Shown here piece after piece: positions 10,556 to 20,544 of a stretch of DNA of 64,000 nt (within the stretch, counting starts at the first letter, position 1; each line of letters starts with the position of its first letter). This DNA is from Syntrophaceae bacterium. GTDB taxonomy: Bacteria > Desulfobacterota > Syntrophia > Syntrophales > Smithellaceae. A program made the position numbers and the translations under genes. The notes under the pieces were generated by a model. It was not told where the DNA came from, did not search any database, and was given only the letters and a program-made list of their open reading frames with translations. The stretch lies in assembly GCA_003142535.1 (NCBI GenBank), contig PLMQ01000068.1:95000-158999 (forward strand), given 5' to 3'.

Positions 10556-10733
10556 AATCTAACCTCCGAAGAAACTAAAAATCTGATTATAAAATTATTC
10601 TTTTTTTATCATGAAATATAAGCTTAGGCAAGTTGGAAATAGATGATTCATAATTAAAATATTGCTTGATTTAAAGTAATTCATCATTTAAATAATATCA
10701 TTTTACTGAATATAGGAATATATAGAGACTAAA

Positions 10734-11108
10734 ATGATAGAACCAAACTTTGCCAAAGGCAATAACCTGATTCCTGTTATCACTCAAGATGCTGATAGTA
10801 AAGAGGTTCTCATGCTGGCTTATATGAATCGCCAGGCATGGGAGACAACTTTGCAAACAGGTAAGGCCACTTATTGGAGCAGGTCTCGTAACTCTTTATG
10901 GTTAAAAGGGGAAACTTCCGGTCATGTCCAGTTGGTGAAAGAAATTTTTATTGATTGCGATAATGACACTATTTTGTTGCTTGTCGAACAATTAGGCGGT
11001 GCAGCCTGCCACACGGGCTATAAATCATGTTTTTACCGGAAAGTCGTGGATGGAAATTGCGTTGTTGTTGGAGAAAAGATTTTCAATCCGAAGGATGTAT
11101 ATAAATGA
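10734..11108 (+). CDS. hisI: Phosphoribosyl-AMP cyclohydrolase
   Basis: 124 aa, monofunctional. Motifs: [17 protein letters not shown] and CDNDT...GGAACHTG. Confidence 0.9.
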   Translation: MIEPNFAKGNNLIPVITQDADSKEVLMLAYMNRQAWETTLQTGKATYWSRSRNSLWLKGETSGHVQLVKEIFIDCDNDTILLLVEQLGGAACHTGYKSCFYRKVVDGNCVVVGEKIFNPKDVYK

Positions 11109-11977
11109 AAGTAGTGAAAATAGGTATTCCCAAGGGGAGTTTGGAGAATAATACGGTTGATTTGTTCAAGAAGGCAGGCTGGCGTATAACTTACGACAGC
11201 CGGAGTTATTTTCCTGATATCAACGATCCGGAAATATCCTGCACGCTGGTTCGGGCGCAGGAGATTTCACGCTACATTGAAGACGGAACACTGGATTTAG
11301 GACTTACCGGGATTGACTGGATTCTGGAAAATTCATCCGATGTTGTTGCAGTACAGGATTTGATTTATTCCAAAGTGTCCACGCGCCAGGCGCGCTGGGT
11401 ACTTGTAGTCCGCGAAGATTCGCCTTACCAATCAATCGAAGATATGGAAGGCAAAAAAATATCAACGGAACTTGTTAATTTTACAAAAAAATATTTTGCG
11501 GATAGAAAAATTAATGTTCATGTTGAATTTTCCTGGGGAGCAACGGAAGCCAAAGTAGTGGAAGGCCTTGTGGATGCTGTTGTTGAAGTAACCGAAACCG
11601 GCTCAACGATTAAAGCAAATAAATTAAAGATTATACATGAGTTAATGAAGACCAACACACAACTTATTGCTAACCGGTTGGCCTGGGATGATCCCTGGAA
11701 GCGAAAGAAAATTGAGCAAATCAGAACATTGCTCATGGGTTCATTATTGGCTATGGGTAAAGTTGGGCTGAAGTTGAATGTTTCCAAAGAAAATTTAGGA
11801 AGAGTCATGTTGCTGCTTCCTGCACTTAAGGCTCCAACAGTTTCCAGTTTGTATTCGGAAGAGTGGTTTGCTGTCGAGACGATAGTTGATTCAGGAATTG
11901 TTCGGGATTTGATTCCCATACTATTGGAGGCAGGTGCGCAGGGAATAATCGAGTATCCCCTGAACAAAGTTATTTAA
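11105..11977 (+). CDS. hisG: ATP phosphoribosyltransferase (long form)
   Basis: 290 aa. Its start overlaps the hisI stop by 4 nt. It shows LGLTGIDW and ETGSTI motifs plus a C-terminal regulatory domain. Confidence 0.9.
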   Translation: MKVVKIGIPKGSLENNTVDLFKKAGWRITYDSRSYFPDINDPEISCTLVRAQEISRYIEDGTLDLGLTGIDWILENSSDVVAVQDLIYSKVSTRQARWVLVVREDSPYQSIEDMEGKKISTELVNFTKKYFADRKINVHVEFSWGATEAKVVEGLVDAVVEVTETGSTIKANKLKIIHELMKTNTQLIANRLAWDDPWKRKKIEQIRTLLMGSLLAMGKVGLKLNVSKENLGRVMLLLPALKAPTVSSLYSEEWFAVETIVDSGIVRDLIPILLEAGAQGIIEYPLNKVI

Positions 11978-11992
11978 CTGAGGGAGACAAAT

Positions 11993-12580
11993 ATGGCTAG
12001 AAAAGCTAGGATTGTCCGTAAAACAACAGAAACTGATATTCAGCTCACAATTGACCTGGACAATGCCACTGGCAGTAGCATTGATACGACAATTCCATTT
12101 TTCGACCACATGCTGGAGCTCTTCGCCCGGCATGGCTTCTTCAAACTTGTTATTAAAAGCAAAGGCGATACACATATTGATGATCATCATCTTGTAGAAG
12201 ACCTGGGTATTTGTTTAGGGCAGGCGGTAGGTCAGGCTTTGGGGAAGAAAACGGGAATTAATCGGTACGGGTCGGCATCAGTGCCTATGGATGAATGTCT
12301 GTGCCGTGTGGATTTGGATATATCGGGCCGGCCTTATTTGATATATAAAGTTAAGTTCGAACGGCGGAAAATAGGCGGTTTTGATCCGGCACTGGTCAAA
12401 GAATTTTTTAAAGCCTTTACTGATCACAGTGGTATAACATTGCATATCAACCTTGCTTACGGCAATAACAGTCATCATATAATTGAAGTAATATTTAAAA
12501 CATTTGCCCGTGCTCTGAGAAGTGCAGTTACGTTCAATGAAGATATCGACGGAGTCCTTTCCACAAAGGGAAGTCTCTGA
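11993..12580 (+). CDS. hisB: Imidazoleglycerol-phosphate dehydratase
   Basis: 195 aa. Motifs: GDTHIDDHHLVED and NSHHIIE. Confidence 0.95.
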   Translation: MARKARIVRKTTETDIQLTIDLDNATGSSIDTTIPFFDHMLELFARHGFFKLVIKSKGDTHIDDHHLVEDLGICLGQAVGQALGKKTGINRYGSASVPMDECLCRVDLDISGRPYLIYKVKFERRKIGGFDPALVKEFFKAFTDHSGITLHINLAYGNNSHHIIEVIFKTFARALRSAVTFNEDIDGVLSTKGSL

Positions 12581-12603
12581 GAGAAAATGGAGGAATATAT
12601 ACC

Positions 12604-13290
12604 TTGACTAATTTTCGCATCAAAAAGGCGTTTGGCATTATTGGATCATTACTAATTGCGTTTTTTATTTTGCCCTCAGTCGTTCCGGCTGAAGATATGA
12701 TTACAAGTGGAGGAAAGCGTCCGGTGCGGATTGCTATAATTCCTTTTCAGTCTCTTTTGCCGGAAGAAGGTTCAGGTAACGCAGTTATTTCTCCTATCCA
12801 CGGAGCGGGTTATTCCGGTGGTAAAATAGATAAAGGAGCAAATGAGATTGTAGGAGAACTTTTTACGGAAAAGCTGAACGCATTTAAAGACGTGAAAATC
12901 ATGCCGTCGGAGAAAGTAAACGCTTTTTATGGGCGCATTAATGCTGAATCGCTAAAAAAACCTGTCATTGATGTTTTGAAAAAAACGGGCGCAGAACTGG
13001 GAGTGGATATTTTGGCAGTTGGTTATGTTTTTCGTTATATGGAAAGAATTGGTTACGATTATTCCGCAGAAAAACCGGCATCGGTCGGTTTTGAAATTAG
13101 TTTCATTAATGTCAAAAATGGTGAAGCAATTTGGCACGGTGTCTTTGACAAGACTCAGAAGTCGCTGATGGAAGATGTCTTCCAGATTTCGTCTTTTTAT
13201 AAGGGCGGTGGAAAATGGCTTACTGCACGCCAGTTGACGCAACAGGGCTTAGACGAAGTTCTTAAAACTTTTTCCGGATTCGACTTTTAA
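12604..13290 (+). CDS. Exported protein of unknown function embedded in the his cluster
   Basis: 228 aa with a TTG start and a GGAGG RBS. It has a signal peptide (no lipobox Cys). I recognise no family motif with confidence. Confidence 0.45.
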   Translation: MTNFRIKKAFGIIGSLLIAFFILPSVVPAEDMITSGGKRPVRIAIIPFQSLLPEEGSGNAVISPIHGAGYSGGKIDKGANEIVGELFTEKLNAFKDVKIMPSEKVNAFYGRINAESLKKPVIDVLKKTGAELGVDILAVGYVFRYMERIGYDYSAEKPASVGFEISFINVKNGEAIWHGVFDKTQKSLMEDVFQISSFYKGGGKWLTARQLTQQGLDEVLKTFSGFDF

Positions 13291-13378
13291 AATATTATCC
13301 GGACTATATTTGTTTCCCATCTATGGCAATACCTGAACAAAGGGGAATTCAACCTGATATGCACAGTGGAGTTGTTGT

Positions 13379-14113
13379 TTGATCATTATTCCGGCAATTG
13401 ATATAAAAGACGGCAAATGTGTAAGGCTGGCCCAAGGAGATTTTGATCGGGTCACCGTATATGCCGATAATCCTGTGGAGATGGCTTTACTGTGGGAACA
13501 AAAGGGTGCCGAGCTAATTCATATAGTTGATCTTGATGGCTCACTTGCCGGACTGCCACGTAACGCGGACATTATATTGGAAATATGTAAAAAGGTGAAT
13601 GTTCCGATTCAGGTCGGGGGCGGAATAAGAAATATGGACACGGTTAATTATTACTTAAATAACGGTGTCGCCAGTGTTATCCTGGGAACAGCGGCCCTGC
13701 AGAATGAAACCTTTGTGCGTGCGGCGCAGAAAGCATATTCCGGAAAAATTATATTAGGTATTGATGCCCTCAATGGTAAAGTTGCCATTTGCGGCTGGAA
13801 GCAGAAGACGCAGGAAGATGCCATTGATCTTGCCCGGCGTTACGGGAACAGCGGTTTCAAGGCTATTGTTTATACCGATATAAGGCGAGACGGTATGGAA
13901 ACAGGTGTCAATATTGAGGCGACAAAAGCGTTGGCTGAAGCTGTTAATATGCCGGTTATTGCTTCCGGTGGTGTGGCAACAATTGCTGATGTGGAAAAAC
14001 TTAAGGCAGTTGAGGATTGCGGGATTTGCGCGGTAATTGTCGGACGGGCACTTTATTCCGGAGCAATTTCTCTGGAAGAAGCAATAAAAAAGGCAAGAAG
14101 GCCTCTTAATTAA
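13379..14113 (+). CDS. hisA: ProFAR isomerase (1-(5-phosphoribosyl)-5-[(5-phosphoribosylamino)methylideneamino]imidazole-4-carboxamide isomerase)
   Basis: 244 aa with a TTG start. Motifs: IIPAIDIKDGKCVRL, VGGGIR, ASGGV. Confidence 0.9.
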   Translation: MIIIPAIDIKDGKCVRLAQGDFDRVTVYADNPVEMALLWEQKGAELIHIVDLDGSLAGLPRNADIILEICKKVNVPIQVGGGIRNMDTVNYYLNNGVASVILGTAALQNETFVRAAQKAYSGKIILGIDALNGKVAICGWKQKTQEDAIDLARRYGNSGFKAIVYTDIRRDGMETGVNIEATKALAEAVNMPVIASGGVATIADVEKLKAVEDCGICAVIVGRALYSGAISLEEAIKKARRPLN

Positions 14114-14136
14114 AAAGATTGGGGAGCTAATCTATT

Positions 14137-14481
14137 ATGTCCGAATGCATATTTTGTAAAATAGTTAGAGGAGAGATTCCCTGCTCTCGGGTTTATGAAG
14201 ATGATAAGATGCTGGCTTTTGATGACATTCAGCCGATGGCACCGGTTCATGTTATCATTATTCCTAAGCAGCATTTTTCAACGCTTTTGGATATCGATGT
14301 AAAAAACATTAATGTCGCGGGTGATTTAATTTTTGCTGCCCAGAAGGTTGCCAAACTCAAAGGAATTGACGAGAAAGGATTCCGTACAGTCATTAACTGC
14401 AATGCCGAAGGCGGGCAGGTAGTGTTTCATTTGCATATGCACGTACTCGGTGGCAGAAAACTGCATGATGAATTGGGCTAA
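14137..14481 (+). CDS. HIT-family (histidine triad) protein
   Basis: 114 aa. The N-terminus reads CIFCKI and the histidine triad reads HLHMHVLGG. Confidence 0.9.
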   Translation: MSECIFCKIVRGEIPCSRVYEDDKMLAFDDIQPMAPVHVIIIPKQHFSTLLDIDVKNINVAGDLIFAAQKVAKLKGIDEKGFRTVINCNAEGGQVVFHLHMHVLGGRKLHDELG

Positions 14482-14494
14482 TTAATCTTAGAAG

Positions 14495-14950
14495 GTGATG
14501 ATTATGGATTTAAACGTAAAGATAAATGCAGAAATGATTACTGCGGCTAAAGCTAAAGACAAAATCAGGCTTTCGGCCATCAGGATGTTAAAAACAGCAT
14601 TGCACAACAAAGAAATTGAGTTAATCCGTCCGTTAAACGAGACCGAAACGTTGCAGCTATTAGCAGCAATTGTCAAGCAGCGAAAAGATTCCATTGAGCA
14701 GTTTGCCAAAGGTGGCAGGACCGATCTGGTGGAGAAAGAAGAAGCGGAATTAAAAGTTATTCAGGAATTCATGCCGGCTCAAATGTCGGAAGCGGAAGTA
14801 GAGGCTATAATCAAAAAGGCAATTGCGGAAGCCGGTGCTGTGTCGGTGAAGGATATGGGTAAGGTAATGAAAGTTCTGATGCCGCAGTTGACAGGCAAGG
14901 CCGATGGGAAAATGGTAGGCGAGAAAGTTAAAGCGCTTTTATCCGAATAA
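14495..14950 (+). CDS. GatB/YqeY domain protein
   Basis: 151 aa with YqeY-like helical repeats (AAKAKDKIRLSAIRMLKTAL...GKAMKVLMPQL-like). Confidence 0.8.
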   Translation: MMIMDLNVKINAEMITAAKAKDKIRLSAIRMLKTALHNKEIELIRPLNETETLQLLAAIVKQRKDSIEQFAKGGRTDLVEKEEAELKVIQEFMPAQMSEAEVEAIIKKAIAEAGAVSVKDMGKVMKVLMPQLTGKADGKMVGEKVKALLSE

Positions 14951-15010
14951 TGGGTTGTTTATCAGTAGAAAATTGGCAGGATTAAATCAAAGACGGGTAA
15001 AAATACTCTA

Positions 15011-16774
15011 GTGCGTTTTGATGACAGCAAGATTGAGGAAATCAAAAGCAGGGTAGATATTGTCGAACTTGCTTCCGAGTTCCTGACTTTAAAAAAAGCA
15101 GGTAGAAATTATTTAGGGCTGTGCCCTTTTCATCAGGAGAAAACACCGTCATTTACGGTCAACCGCGAAAAGCAGATATTTTACTGTTTCGGTTGTGGCG
15201 AAGGTGGCAATGCCATTACCTTCCTGATGAAAATTGCCAATAAAACTTTTCCGGAAGCGATCAAGGATTTAGCGGAGAAAACGGGAGTTGTCTTACCGCC
15301 GCGGCTTACAAGTAAAGAAGGCCGTGAGAAAGATACCGTAAGAGAGAACATCTCCAATTTAAATTTAAGGGCGGCGCAACAGTATGCCCGTAATTTGTAT
15401 TCTCCTGTCGGCAAAGGTGCCCGGGATTATTTGCAAAACAGGGGAATAACTGAAGAAACAGTAAAACAATTCCGGCTGGGTTATGTGTCGGATACATGGC
15501 GCTCTTTGACAGATTACATTGAAAATAGTGGTACTTCCCTGAAACTGGCCGAGCAGGCAGGGCTGGTCATTGCCGGGAAAGAGGGCAGTTACTATGACCG
15601 CTTTCGCGGCCGGTTGATTTTTCCTATTGAGAATGTCTTTGGTGAAATTGTCGCCTTTGGCGGCAGAATTTTGGAAAAGGGTGAACCGAAATACCTGAAT
15701 TCTCCGGAATCACCCGTTTATATCAAGGGCAGGAACTTATACGGGTTGAATAAGACAAAAGAGGAAATCCGTAAAAAAGGTTTTGCTCTTATTGTTGAAG
15801 GTTATTTTGATTTAATTTCTCTGTGGAACGTGGGTATCGGTAATGCCGTCGCCACTCTGGGCACTGCGCTGACCAGAGATCACCTTGAGCTGTTGCGTCG
15901 ATACACGGTGGAAGTTGTCGCTCTTTTTGATCCGGATGAGGCAGGAAGAAAAGCCTTAGACCGCAGCCTGGAACTATTTTTGGGAATGAATATACGGGCA
16001 AAAGCGTTGGTTCTACCAGGAGGCTTCGATCCTGATGATTATGTAAAGAAATTCGGCAAGGATAGACTGGAAGAATTGATTTCCCACGCTCAACCGTTGA
16101 GTGATTATTATATCGAAAATGTTTTAGGTGGTGGCAAGACATTTGAAGAAAAGCGGGAGAAGGTTAAAACAGCGATAGAGTTCATAAATAAGATTAATGA
16201 CAAGAATGAAAAGGACCTATTTATAAAACGCATTGCGGAGAAAACAGGCATTAATCAAGAATTGTTGATTAAGGAGGTCTACAAGAAGGAAGTACATATA
16301 AAGCAGAAGAGTGCAGAACAAAAACAGAATCTAAAAATTCATATTGATCCTGTGGAAGTAAATTTAATCCGCCTTTTATTGGAATATCCGCAGAAAACGG
16401 TACAGGTGGAAAGTGAAAATATCTTGGATTATTTCCTCCAGCCGGAGTTAAAGGATTTAGGGGCGAAAATTATTGAAATATATAAGCTGTTGGGTTCTGT
16501 TGATATAGGTGTAATTCTTCCTACAGATGAAGATACACCTTTGCGCGAAAAAATATTCCAATTAATGATGGAAGCTCTGCCTGCCGATGATGTAATGGTT
16601 GATAAGATTTTTGCCGACAACATCCGGCAAATTCAGAAGAAGTGGTATAAGGATCAGCATCAACAGATTAAATTAAAGCTGGGCAAAGCCCAGGAAAACG
16701 GAAATGAGGAGTTGTTAAATAAGCTGCTGCAGGAAAAGAAAAATCTGATTAGTAAAGAACGAGAACTGCGGTAA
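15011..16774 (+). CDS. dnaG: DNA primase
   Basis: 587 aa with a GTG start. A CHC2 zinc finger is present (CPFHQEKTPSF...CFGCGEGG), plus a TOPRIM domain (VEGYFD, DPDEAG). Confidence 0.95.
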   Translation: MRFDDSKIEEIKSRVDIVELASEFLTLKKAGRNYLGLCPFHQEKTPSFTVNREKQIFYCFGCGEGGNAITFLMKIANKTFPEAIKDLAEKTGVVLPPRLTSKEGREKDTVRENISNLNLRAAQQYARNLYSPVGKGARDYLQNRGITEETVKQFRLGYVSDTWRSLTDYIENSGTSLKLAEQAGLVIAGKEGSYYDRFRGRLIFPIENVFGEIVAFGGRILEKGEPKYLNSPESPVYIKGRNLYGLNKTKEEIRKKGFALIVEGYFDLISLWNVGIGNAVATLGTALTRDHLELLRRYTVEVVALFDPDEAGRKALDRSLELFLGMNIRAKALVLPGGFDPDDYVKKFGKDRLEELISHAQPLSDYYIENVLGGGKTFEEKREKVKTAIEFINKINDKNEKDLFIKRIAEKTGINQELLIKEVYKKEVHIKQKSAEQKQNLKIHIDPVEVNLIRLLLEYPQKTVQVESENILDYFLQPELKDLGAKIIEIYKLLGSVDIGVILPTDEDTPLREKIFQLMMEALPADDVMVDKIFADNIRQIQKKWYKDQHQQIKLKLGKAQENGNEELLNKLLQEKKNLISKERELR

Positions 16775-16793
16775 AAACTATTGAAGAATCATT

Positions 16794-17034
16794 GGTATGA
16801 ATCCCAAAACGCGCTTTGGGATTCATACCCTCCGCTGCGCGGGATAATTCGACCAGCAAACTTCAGCGTACTTTGTTTCTGAAGTTTGGGTCTCATTACA
16901 ACTTATCAATTCCGACTTGTGACCTTTAGGTTATACGTTTCACTTTCGGAATTGGAGTTTCACGACCACCGCTTACGCGGGATTGTTCAACATACCAATT
17001 TCCCTACACTTCGTTATGGAAATTGGAGTTTCAC
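16794..17034 (-). repeat. Modular multi-hairpin repeat (family A), two tandem units, minus orientation
   Basis: The reverse complement reads GTGAAAC-TCCAATTTCC..GGAAATTGG-TAT-GTTGAACAATCCCGC..GCGG, then a full unit with hp1, GTTGTAATGAGAC-hp2, GTCGAATTATC and the GGGTATGAATCCCAAAGC...TTGGGATTCATACC hairpin. Confidence 0.85.
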
Positions 17035-17059
17035 GAATAAATTATTTGGGAGATACCAA

Positions 17060-18811
17060 ATGGCTAAAGAAATACAATCAGATGAATTTAAAAAGTTAAT
17101 TACACTGGGTGAAGAAAAGGGCTTTTTAACATACGATGATGTTAACGATATGTTACCGCCGGATGTTACTTCTTCCGACCAGATAGATGATATTATAATG
17201 CTTTTCGGAGAAAAGAATATTGATATCATAGATACGGAGCAGGGAGACAAGCTGGTCATGAAAAAGACGCCGGAAGATGTAGTCCCGGTGAAATTTCCGG
17301 AAGCTCTCGCACTTGTGCCCGGTGCAGGTAAAACGGGCGATCCAGTGAAGATGTACCTGCGGGAGATGGGCCTGGTATCACTTTTGAGCCGCGAAGGCGA
17401 AGTGGAAATAGCAAAAAAGATTGAAGAAGGCGCACGGGAAACAATGTCGGCAATTTTCCGGCTTTCGGTTTCCATTAATGAAGTACTCAATATCGGTGAA
17501 AAATTAATCACCGGCGAGATAAGGGTTAAATATGTTGTCGATAATGTTGAAGATGAAGAAGGTTTCGTTGAGGAAGATGAACACAAAATAAGAGTATTAA
17601 AGCTGATTGATAGAATCAAGCTGTTCGATGACAGGAACGAAGTATTGCGCGCGAAGCTCAAATCAAAAACAATGCGGCCCAAGCAACGCCTGTTATTAAC
17701 TGCCGAACTGGAAAAGAACACGAAGAATATCATTACCCTTTGCCGGAAAGTTCGTTTCAGCAAGAAGCAAATGCATCGTTTTGTTGCCCGATTGCGTTAC
17801 TATGCCGATGAAATTGAAAGAGGCGAAAGAGTAATCAACCAATATAAAAAGGAAACGGGATTGAATTTGGCTCAACTGGAAAAAGCCTGGGTGAAAATGA
17901 AAAAATCCAAACAGGATGAAAAGCGTGCGGCTAAAGAAGCGCGTGTTTCCATTGAAGTCTTAAAGAAAAGCCAGTCTGCCATTACCGAGGCGCAGAAAAG
18001 AATAAAGCATATTGCCCGCGAAGTGGGTATCCCTACGGCAATCTTAAAAACAATTGTTGATTCCATTGAAGAAGGTGAAAGCAAGGCTGAAACAGCCAAG
18101 AGAAAGTTGGTGGAAGCAAACTTGCGTCTGGTTGTAAGCATTGCCAAGAAATATACCAACCGTGGTTTACAGTTTCTGGATTTGATTCAGGAAGGCAATA
18201 TCGGTTTGATGAAGGCGGTGGATAAATTTGAATATCAACGCGGCTATAAATTTTCTACTTATGCCACCTGGTGGATCAGGCAAGCGATAACACGAGCTAT
18301 TGCCGATCAGGCGCGGACGATTAGAATACCTGTCCATATGATTGAGACCATCAATAAACTTATCCGTACTTCGCGCTATCTGGTGCAGGAATTGGGACGC
18401 GAACCGACTCCCGAAGAGATTGCCAATAAAATGGAATATCCGTTGGAAAAGGTTCGCAAGGTTTTAAAAATCGCGAAGGAACCTATTTCTCTGGAAACAC
18501 CGATTGGTGAGGAAGAGGACAGCCATCTAGGCGATTTTATCGAAGACAAAAAAATTATGTCTCCTTCGGAAGCTACGATCAGCATGGATCTGGCGGATCA
18601 AACAAGAAAAATTCTCTCTACACTGACGCCGCGGGAAGAAAAAGTATTACGTATGCGTTTTGGTATCAGCGACAGACTCAGCTCTATGGCCGAAGATGAA
18701 AGTGGCGCACAGATAAAATTAATGGAAGCGTTGTTGCAGGAGCCTGAAATAGTAGAGGTGCCGGAAGTGAAAAAGTCAAAAACGTCTTTCCGCAAACGGG
18801 CGGCAAAATAG
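17060..18811 (+). CDS. rpoD: Primary-type sigma-70 factor RpoD, with aberrant C-terminus (region 4.2 missing)
   Basis: I place the start at ATG 17060 ([13 protein letters not shown]). The upstream 58 codons of the ORF translate repeat family A. Region 2 ([27 protein letters not shown]), region 3 and region 4.1 ([15 protein letters not shown]) are present. The last 47 aa are unrelated to the sigma-70 4.2 helix-turn-helix. Confidence 0.85.
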   Translation: MAKEIQSDEFKKLITLGEEKGFLTYDDVNDMLPPDVTSSDQIDDIIMLFGEKNIDIIDTEQGDKLVMKKTPEDVVPVKFPEALALVPGAGKTGDPVKMYLREMGLVSLLSREGEVEIAKKIEEGARETMSAIFRLSVSINEVLNIGEKLITGEIRVKYVVDNVEDEEGFVEEDEHKIRVLKLIDRIKLFDDRNEVLRAKLKSKTMRPKQRLLLTAELEKNTKNIITLCRKVRFSKKQMHRFVARLRYYADEIERGERVINQYKKETGLNLAQLEKAWVKMKKSKQDEKRAAKEARVSIEVLKKSQSAITEAQKRIKHIAREVGIPTAILKTIVDSIEEGESKAETAKRKLVEANLRLVVSIAKKYTNRGLQFLDLIQEGNIGLMKAVDKFEYQRGYKFSTYATWWIRQAITRAIADQARTIRIPVHMIETINKLIRTSRYLVQELGREPTPEEIANKMEYPLEKVRKVLKIAKEPISLETPIGEEEDSHLGDFIEDKKIMSPSEATISMDLADQTRKILSTLTPREEKVLRMRFGISDRLSSMAEDESGAQIKLMEALLQEPEIVEVPEVKKSKTSFRKRAAK

Positions 18812-18813
18812 TA

Positions 18814-18842
18814 TTGACAAGCACTATATTTGGGTATATCAA
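18814..18842 (+). promoter_or_regulatory. Candidate sigma-70 promoter for the tRNA gene
   Basis: A perfect -35 TTGACA lies at 18814-18819. The possible -10 is TATATC (15-nt spacer) or TATCAA (17-nt spacer). It sits ~45 nt upstream of the tRNA 5' end. Confidence 0.3.
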
Positions 18843-18887
18843 AACACACCTTGATGCACTGAATACATACAAGTAAAGGAAATGGCG

Positions 18888-18963
18888 GGGCCCATAGCTC
18901 AATTGGTAGAGCCACCGGCTCATAACCGGTAGGTCCCTGGTTCGATCCCAGGTGGGCCCACCA
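18888..18963 (+). tRNA. tRNA with CAU anticodon (elongator Met, or Ile2 if lysidine-modified)
   Basis: Manual cloverleaf. Acceptor stem GGGCCCA/TGGGCCC. D arm GCTCaattggtaGAGC. Anticodon arm ACCGG-CTCATAA-CCGGT. T arm CCTGGttcgatcCCAGG. Encoded CCA. It is not initiator-like: position 1-72 is paired and there is no GGG/CCC anticodon stem. Confidence 0.9.
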
Positions 18964-19113
18964 GAAAAAATTGAGAAAAAATGATTAAAACGATAAAACA
19001 AATTTTTCAGGAAAGCGGCTGTCATTCAGTCAGTGCCGTGAATGGTGCAATAAAGCGAACAATGTCATCAGTCCACGGCACAGGTAATTCCAGAATAAAC
19101 CTGTTTTTTTAAA

Positions 19114-19141
19114 ATGCACCCATAAAGGTGCATTTTTTTTA
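19114..19141 (+). terminator. Intrinsic terminator
   Basis: Stem ATGCACC / GGTGCAT followed by a run of 8 T. Confidence 0.7.
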
Positions 19142-19144
19142 TTC

Positions 19145-19299
19145 GTGAAACTCCAATTCTGCAAGCGAAGCGCAGCGGAAGTGGCAAGTTGAATCCACTT
19201 GTAGTGGACTACGCAATGCCGCATAGCGGGAGGTATCAACCACAAAGCTCGCTTAGGAATCAGTTTCCAAAGCTTACTTTGGGGTTGATATCCGTGATC
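19145..19299 (+). repeat. Modular multi-hairpin repeat (family A), divergent copy
   Basis: Layout: GTGAAAC-TCCAATTCTGC aagcgaagc GCAGCGGAAGTGG-CAA-GTTGAAT-..CCGCataGCGG-GAG-GTATCAA..CTTTGGGGTTGATATCC-GTGATC. Confidence 0.75.
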
Positions 19300-19317
19300 T
19301 AAAAAAGGAGAAGCGTA

Positions 19318-20037
19318 TTGAAAGAACAATTATTGTTGTTAATTGAACTTCAGGAGTGTGACTCACAGCTGGTGATGTTTGATAGTAAGAAAAAGTATTT
19401 GCCGCACAAGCTAGCCAGGTTGGATGAAAAATTTCACACATTTAAAGAAGAAACGGAACAGAACAAAATAAAATATGATGAGCTGAAGACACGTCACAGC
19501 GAAAGTGAAAACAAGATTAAGAAAATAAATGAGGGTATGGTAAAAACCAAAGAAAGGCTTCTGGAAGTAAAGAACAACAAGGAATATCAAGCCATGCTCA
19601 AAGAAATAGAAACCGCCGAGGCATCGCGCGGTGATGTGGAAACTGATATTATCAAAATATTGGATGAATTGGATAAGCTTTTTGTTTTTGTTAAAAAAGA
19701 TCAGGTGACTCTGGATGAATACAGGAAACAGTATCAGGAAGAAAAAAAGCTTATGGAAACTGAGTTAAACTCAATCGATACTGACTATACCAATTGGGAG
19801 CAAAAGAGGAATGATTTGATAAAGAAAGTTCCTGCAGATCTTTTGTCCCGGTATGAAAAAATAAGAAACAGAAATAACGGCGTTGGTGTTATTTCTGTTT
19901 GGAAGGCCGTTTGTAACGGCTGCCACATGAATATTCCACCGCAGCTTTACAATGAATTGCAGAAATCCGCAGAATTGCTTGCCTGTCCCAATTGCAACAG
20001 GATAATGTACTTCCAGAATATGGAAAAGCCAGTGTAG
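19318..20037 (+). CDS. Coiled-coil protein with C-terminal C4 zinc ribbon (COG1579/DUF164-like)
   Basis: 239 aa with a TTG start and an AAGGAG RBS. A long coiled coil is followed by CNGCHMNIPP...CPNCNRIMY. Confidence 0.75.
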   Translation: MKEQLLLLIELQECDSQLVMFDSKKKYLPHKLARLDEKFHTFKEETEQNKIKYDELKTRHSESENKIKKINEGMVKTKERLLEVKNNKEYQAMLKEIETAEASRGDVETDIIKILDELDKLFVFVKKDQVTLDEYRKQYQEEKKLMETELNSIDTDYTNWEQKRNDLIKKVPADLLSRYEKIRNRNNGVGVISVWKAVCNGCHMNIPPQLYNELQKSAELLACPNCNRIMYFQNMEKPV

Positions 20038-20042
20038 ATTTT

Positions 20043-20453
20043 ATGGAGAAACAAAATTATCGGCTCTATAGCGATGGTGCCTGCCGCGGTAATCCCGGTG
20101 AGGGTGGTGCCGGAGCAGTTATCACCGATGCCGAAGGGAATGCTGTTTGGGAGGGCAAAGAATATCTGGGACACTGCACCAACAATATTGCCGAATACAA
20201 AGCGCTGATATTGGGATTAAAGGGAGCGCTGCAGGAAGGCTATAAGAAGTTGTATGTTTACATGGATTCAGAGCTCCTCGCTAAACAAATCAATGGTTCT
20301 TACAAAGTAAAGAATGAAAATTTAAAAGTATTAATGCGGGAAGTCCGCAGTCTGCTTTCTTCTTTTGAATCAGTTCAAGTTAAGCACGTTCTGCGCTGCC
20401 ACAATGCCAGGGCTGATAAATTAGCCAACCTAGCGATTGATATAAATAATTAA
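20043..20453 (+). CDS. rnhA: Ribonuclease H (RNase HI family)
   Basis: I place the start at ATG 20043 (MEKQNYRLYSDGACRGNPGEGGAGAVI). The motifs TNNIAEYKALILGL and the C-terminal HNARADKLAN are present. Confidence 0.85.
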   Translation: MEKQNYRLYSDGACRGNPGEGGAGAVITDAEGNAVWEGKEYLGHCTNNIAEYKALILGLKGALQEGYKKLYVYMDSELLAKQINGSYKVKNENLKVLMREVRSLLSSFESVQVKHVLRCHNARADKLANLAIDINN

Positions 20454-20544
20454 TACCCTATAGCACAATCATTTACTAGGCAGAATCATAATCACGGAAG
20501 AAAACTTGAAAGAAAAATCAATCAAGTGTAAACTTTAATCTAGG

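Noticed and set aside
13131-13150. TGGCAC hexamers elsewhere as extra sigma-54 promoters (for example 13133 and 40318, and the reverse complements at 36981 and 41931).
   Set aside because: All lie inside CDSs and lack a correctly spaced GC at -12.
10734-14481. The incomplete his cluster (hisI, hisG, hisB, exported protein, hisA, HIT; no hisD/C/H/F/E) as an anomaly.
   Set aside because: Split his gene sets are common outside enterics, and the missing genes are probably elsewhere in the genome. I judged this not noteworthy on the present evidence.
16794-17034. Whether the family-A repeats are a CRISPR array or a degenerate one.
   Set aside because: There is no regular repeat-spacer periodicity. 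The conserved linkers differ from one another and each is followed by its own palindrome. Copies are dispersed singly, and no cas genes are present.
16886-17059. A 58-codon N-terminal extension of the rpoD ORF ([16 protein letters not shown]...).
   Set aside because: It is a read-through translation of the family-A repeat. The canonical sigma-70 region 1.1 starts at the ATG at 17060.
18598-19025. ORFs 18598..18915 (-) and 18684..19025 (-).
   Set aside because: They run antisense across the rpoD 3' end and the tRNA gene. Neither has an RBS or a recognisable motif, so I treat them as spurious.
18964-19317. An integrated mobile element at the tRNA-CAU 3' end.
   Set aside because: There is no integrase gene and no duplicated tRNA 3' segment. 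The 350 bp contain only a degenerate palindromic repeat, a terminator and a family-A repeat.
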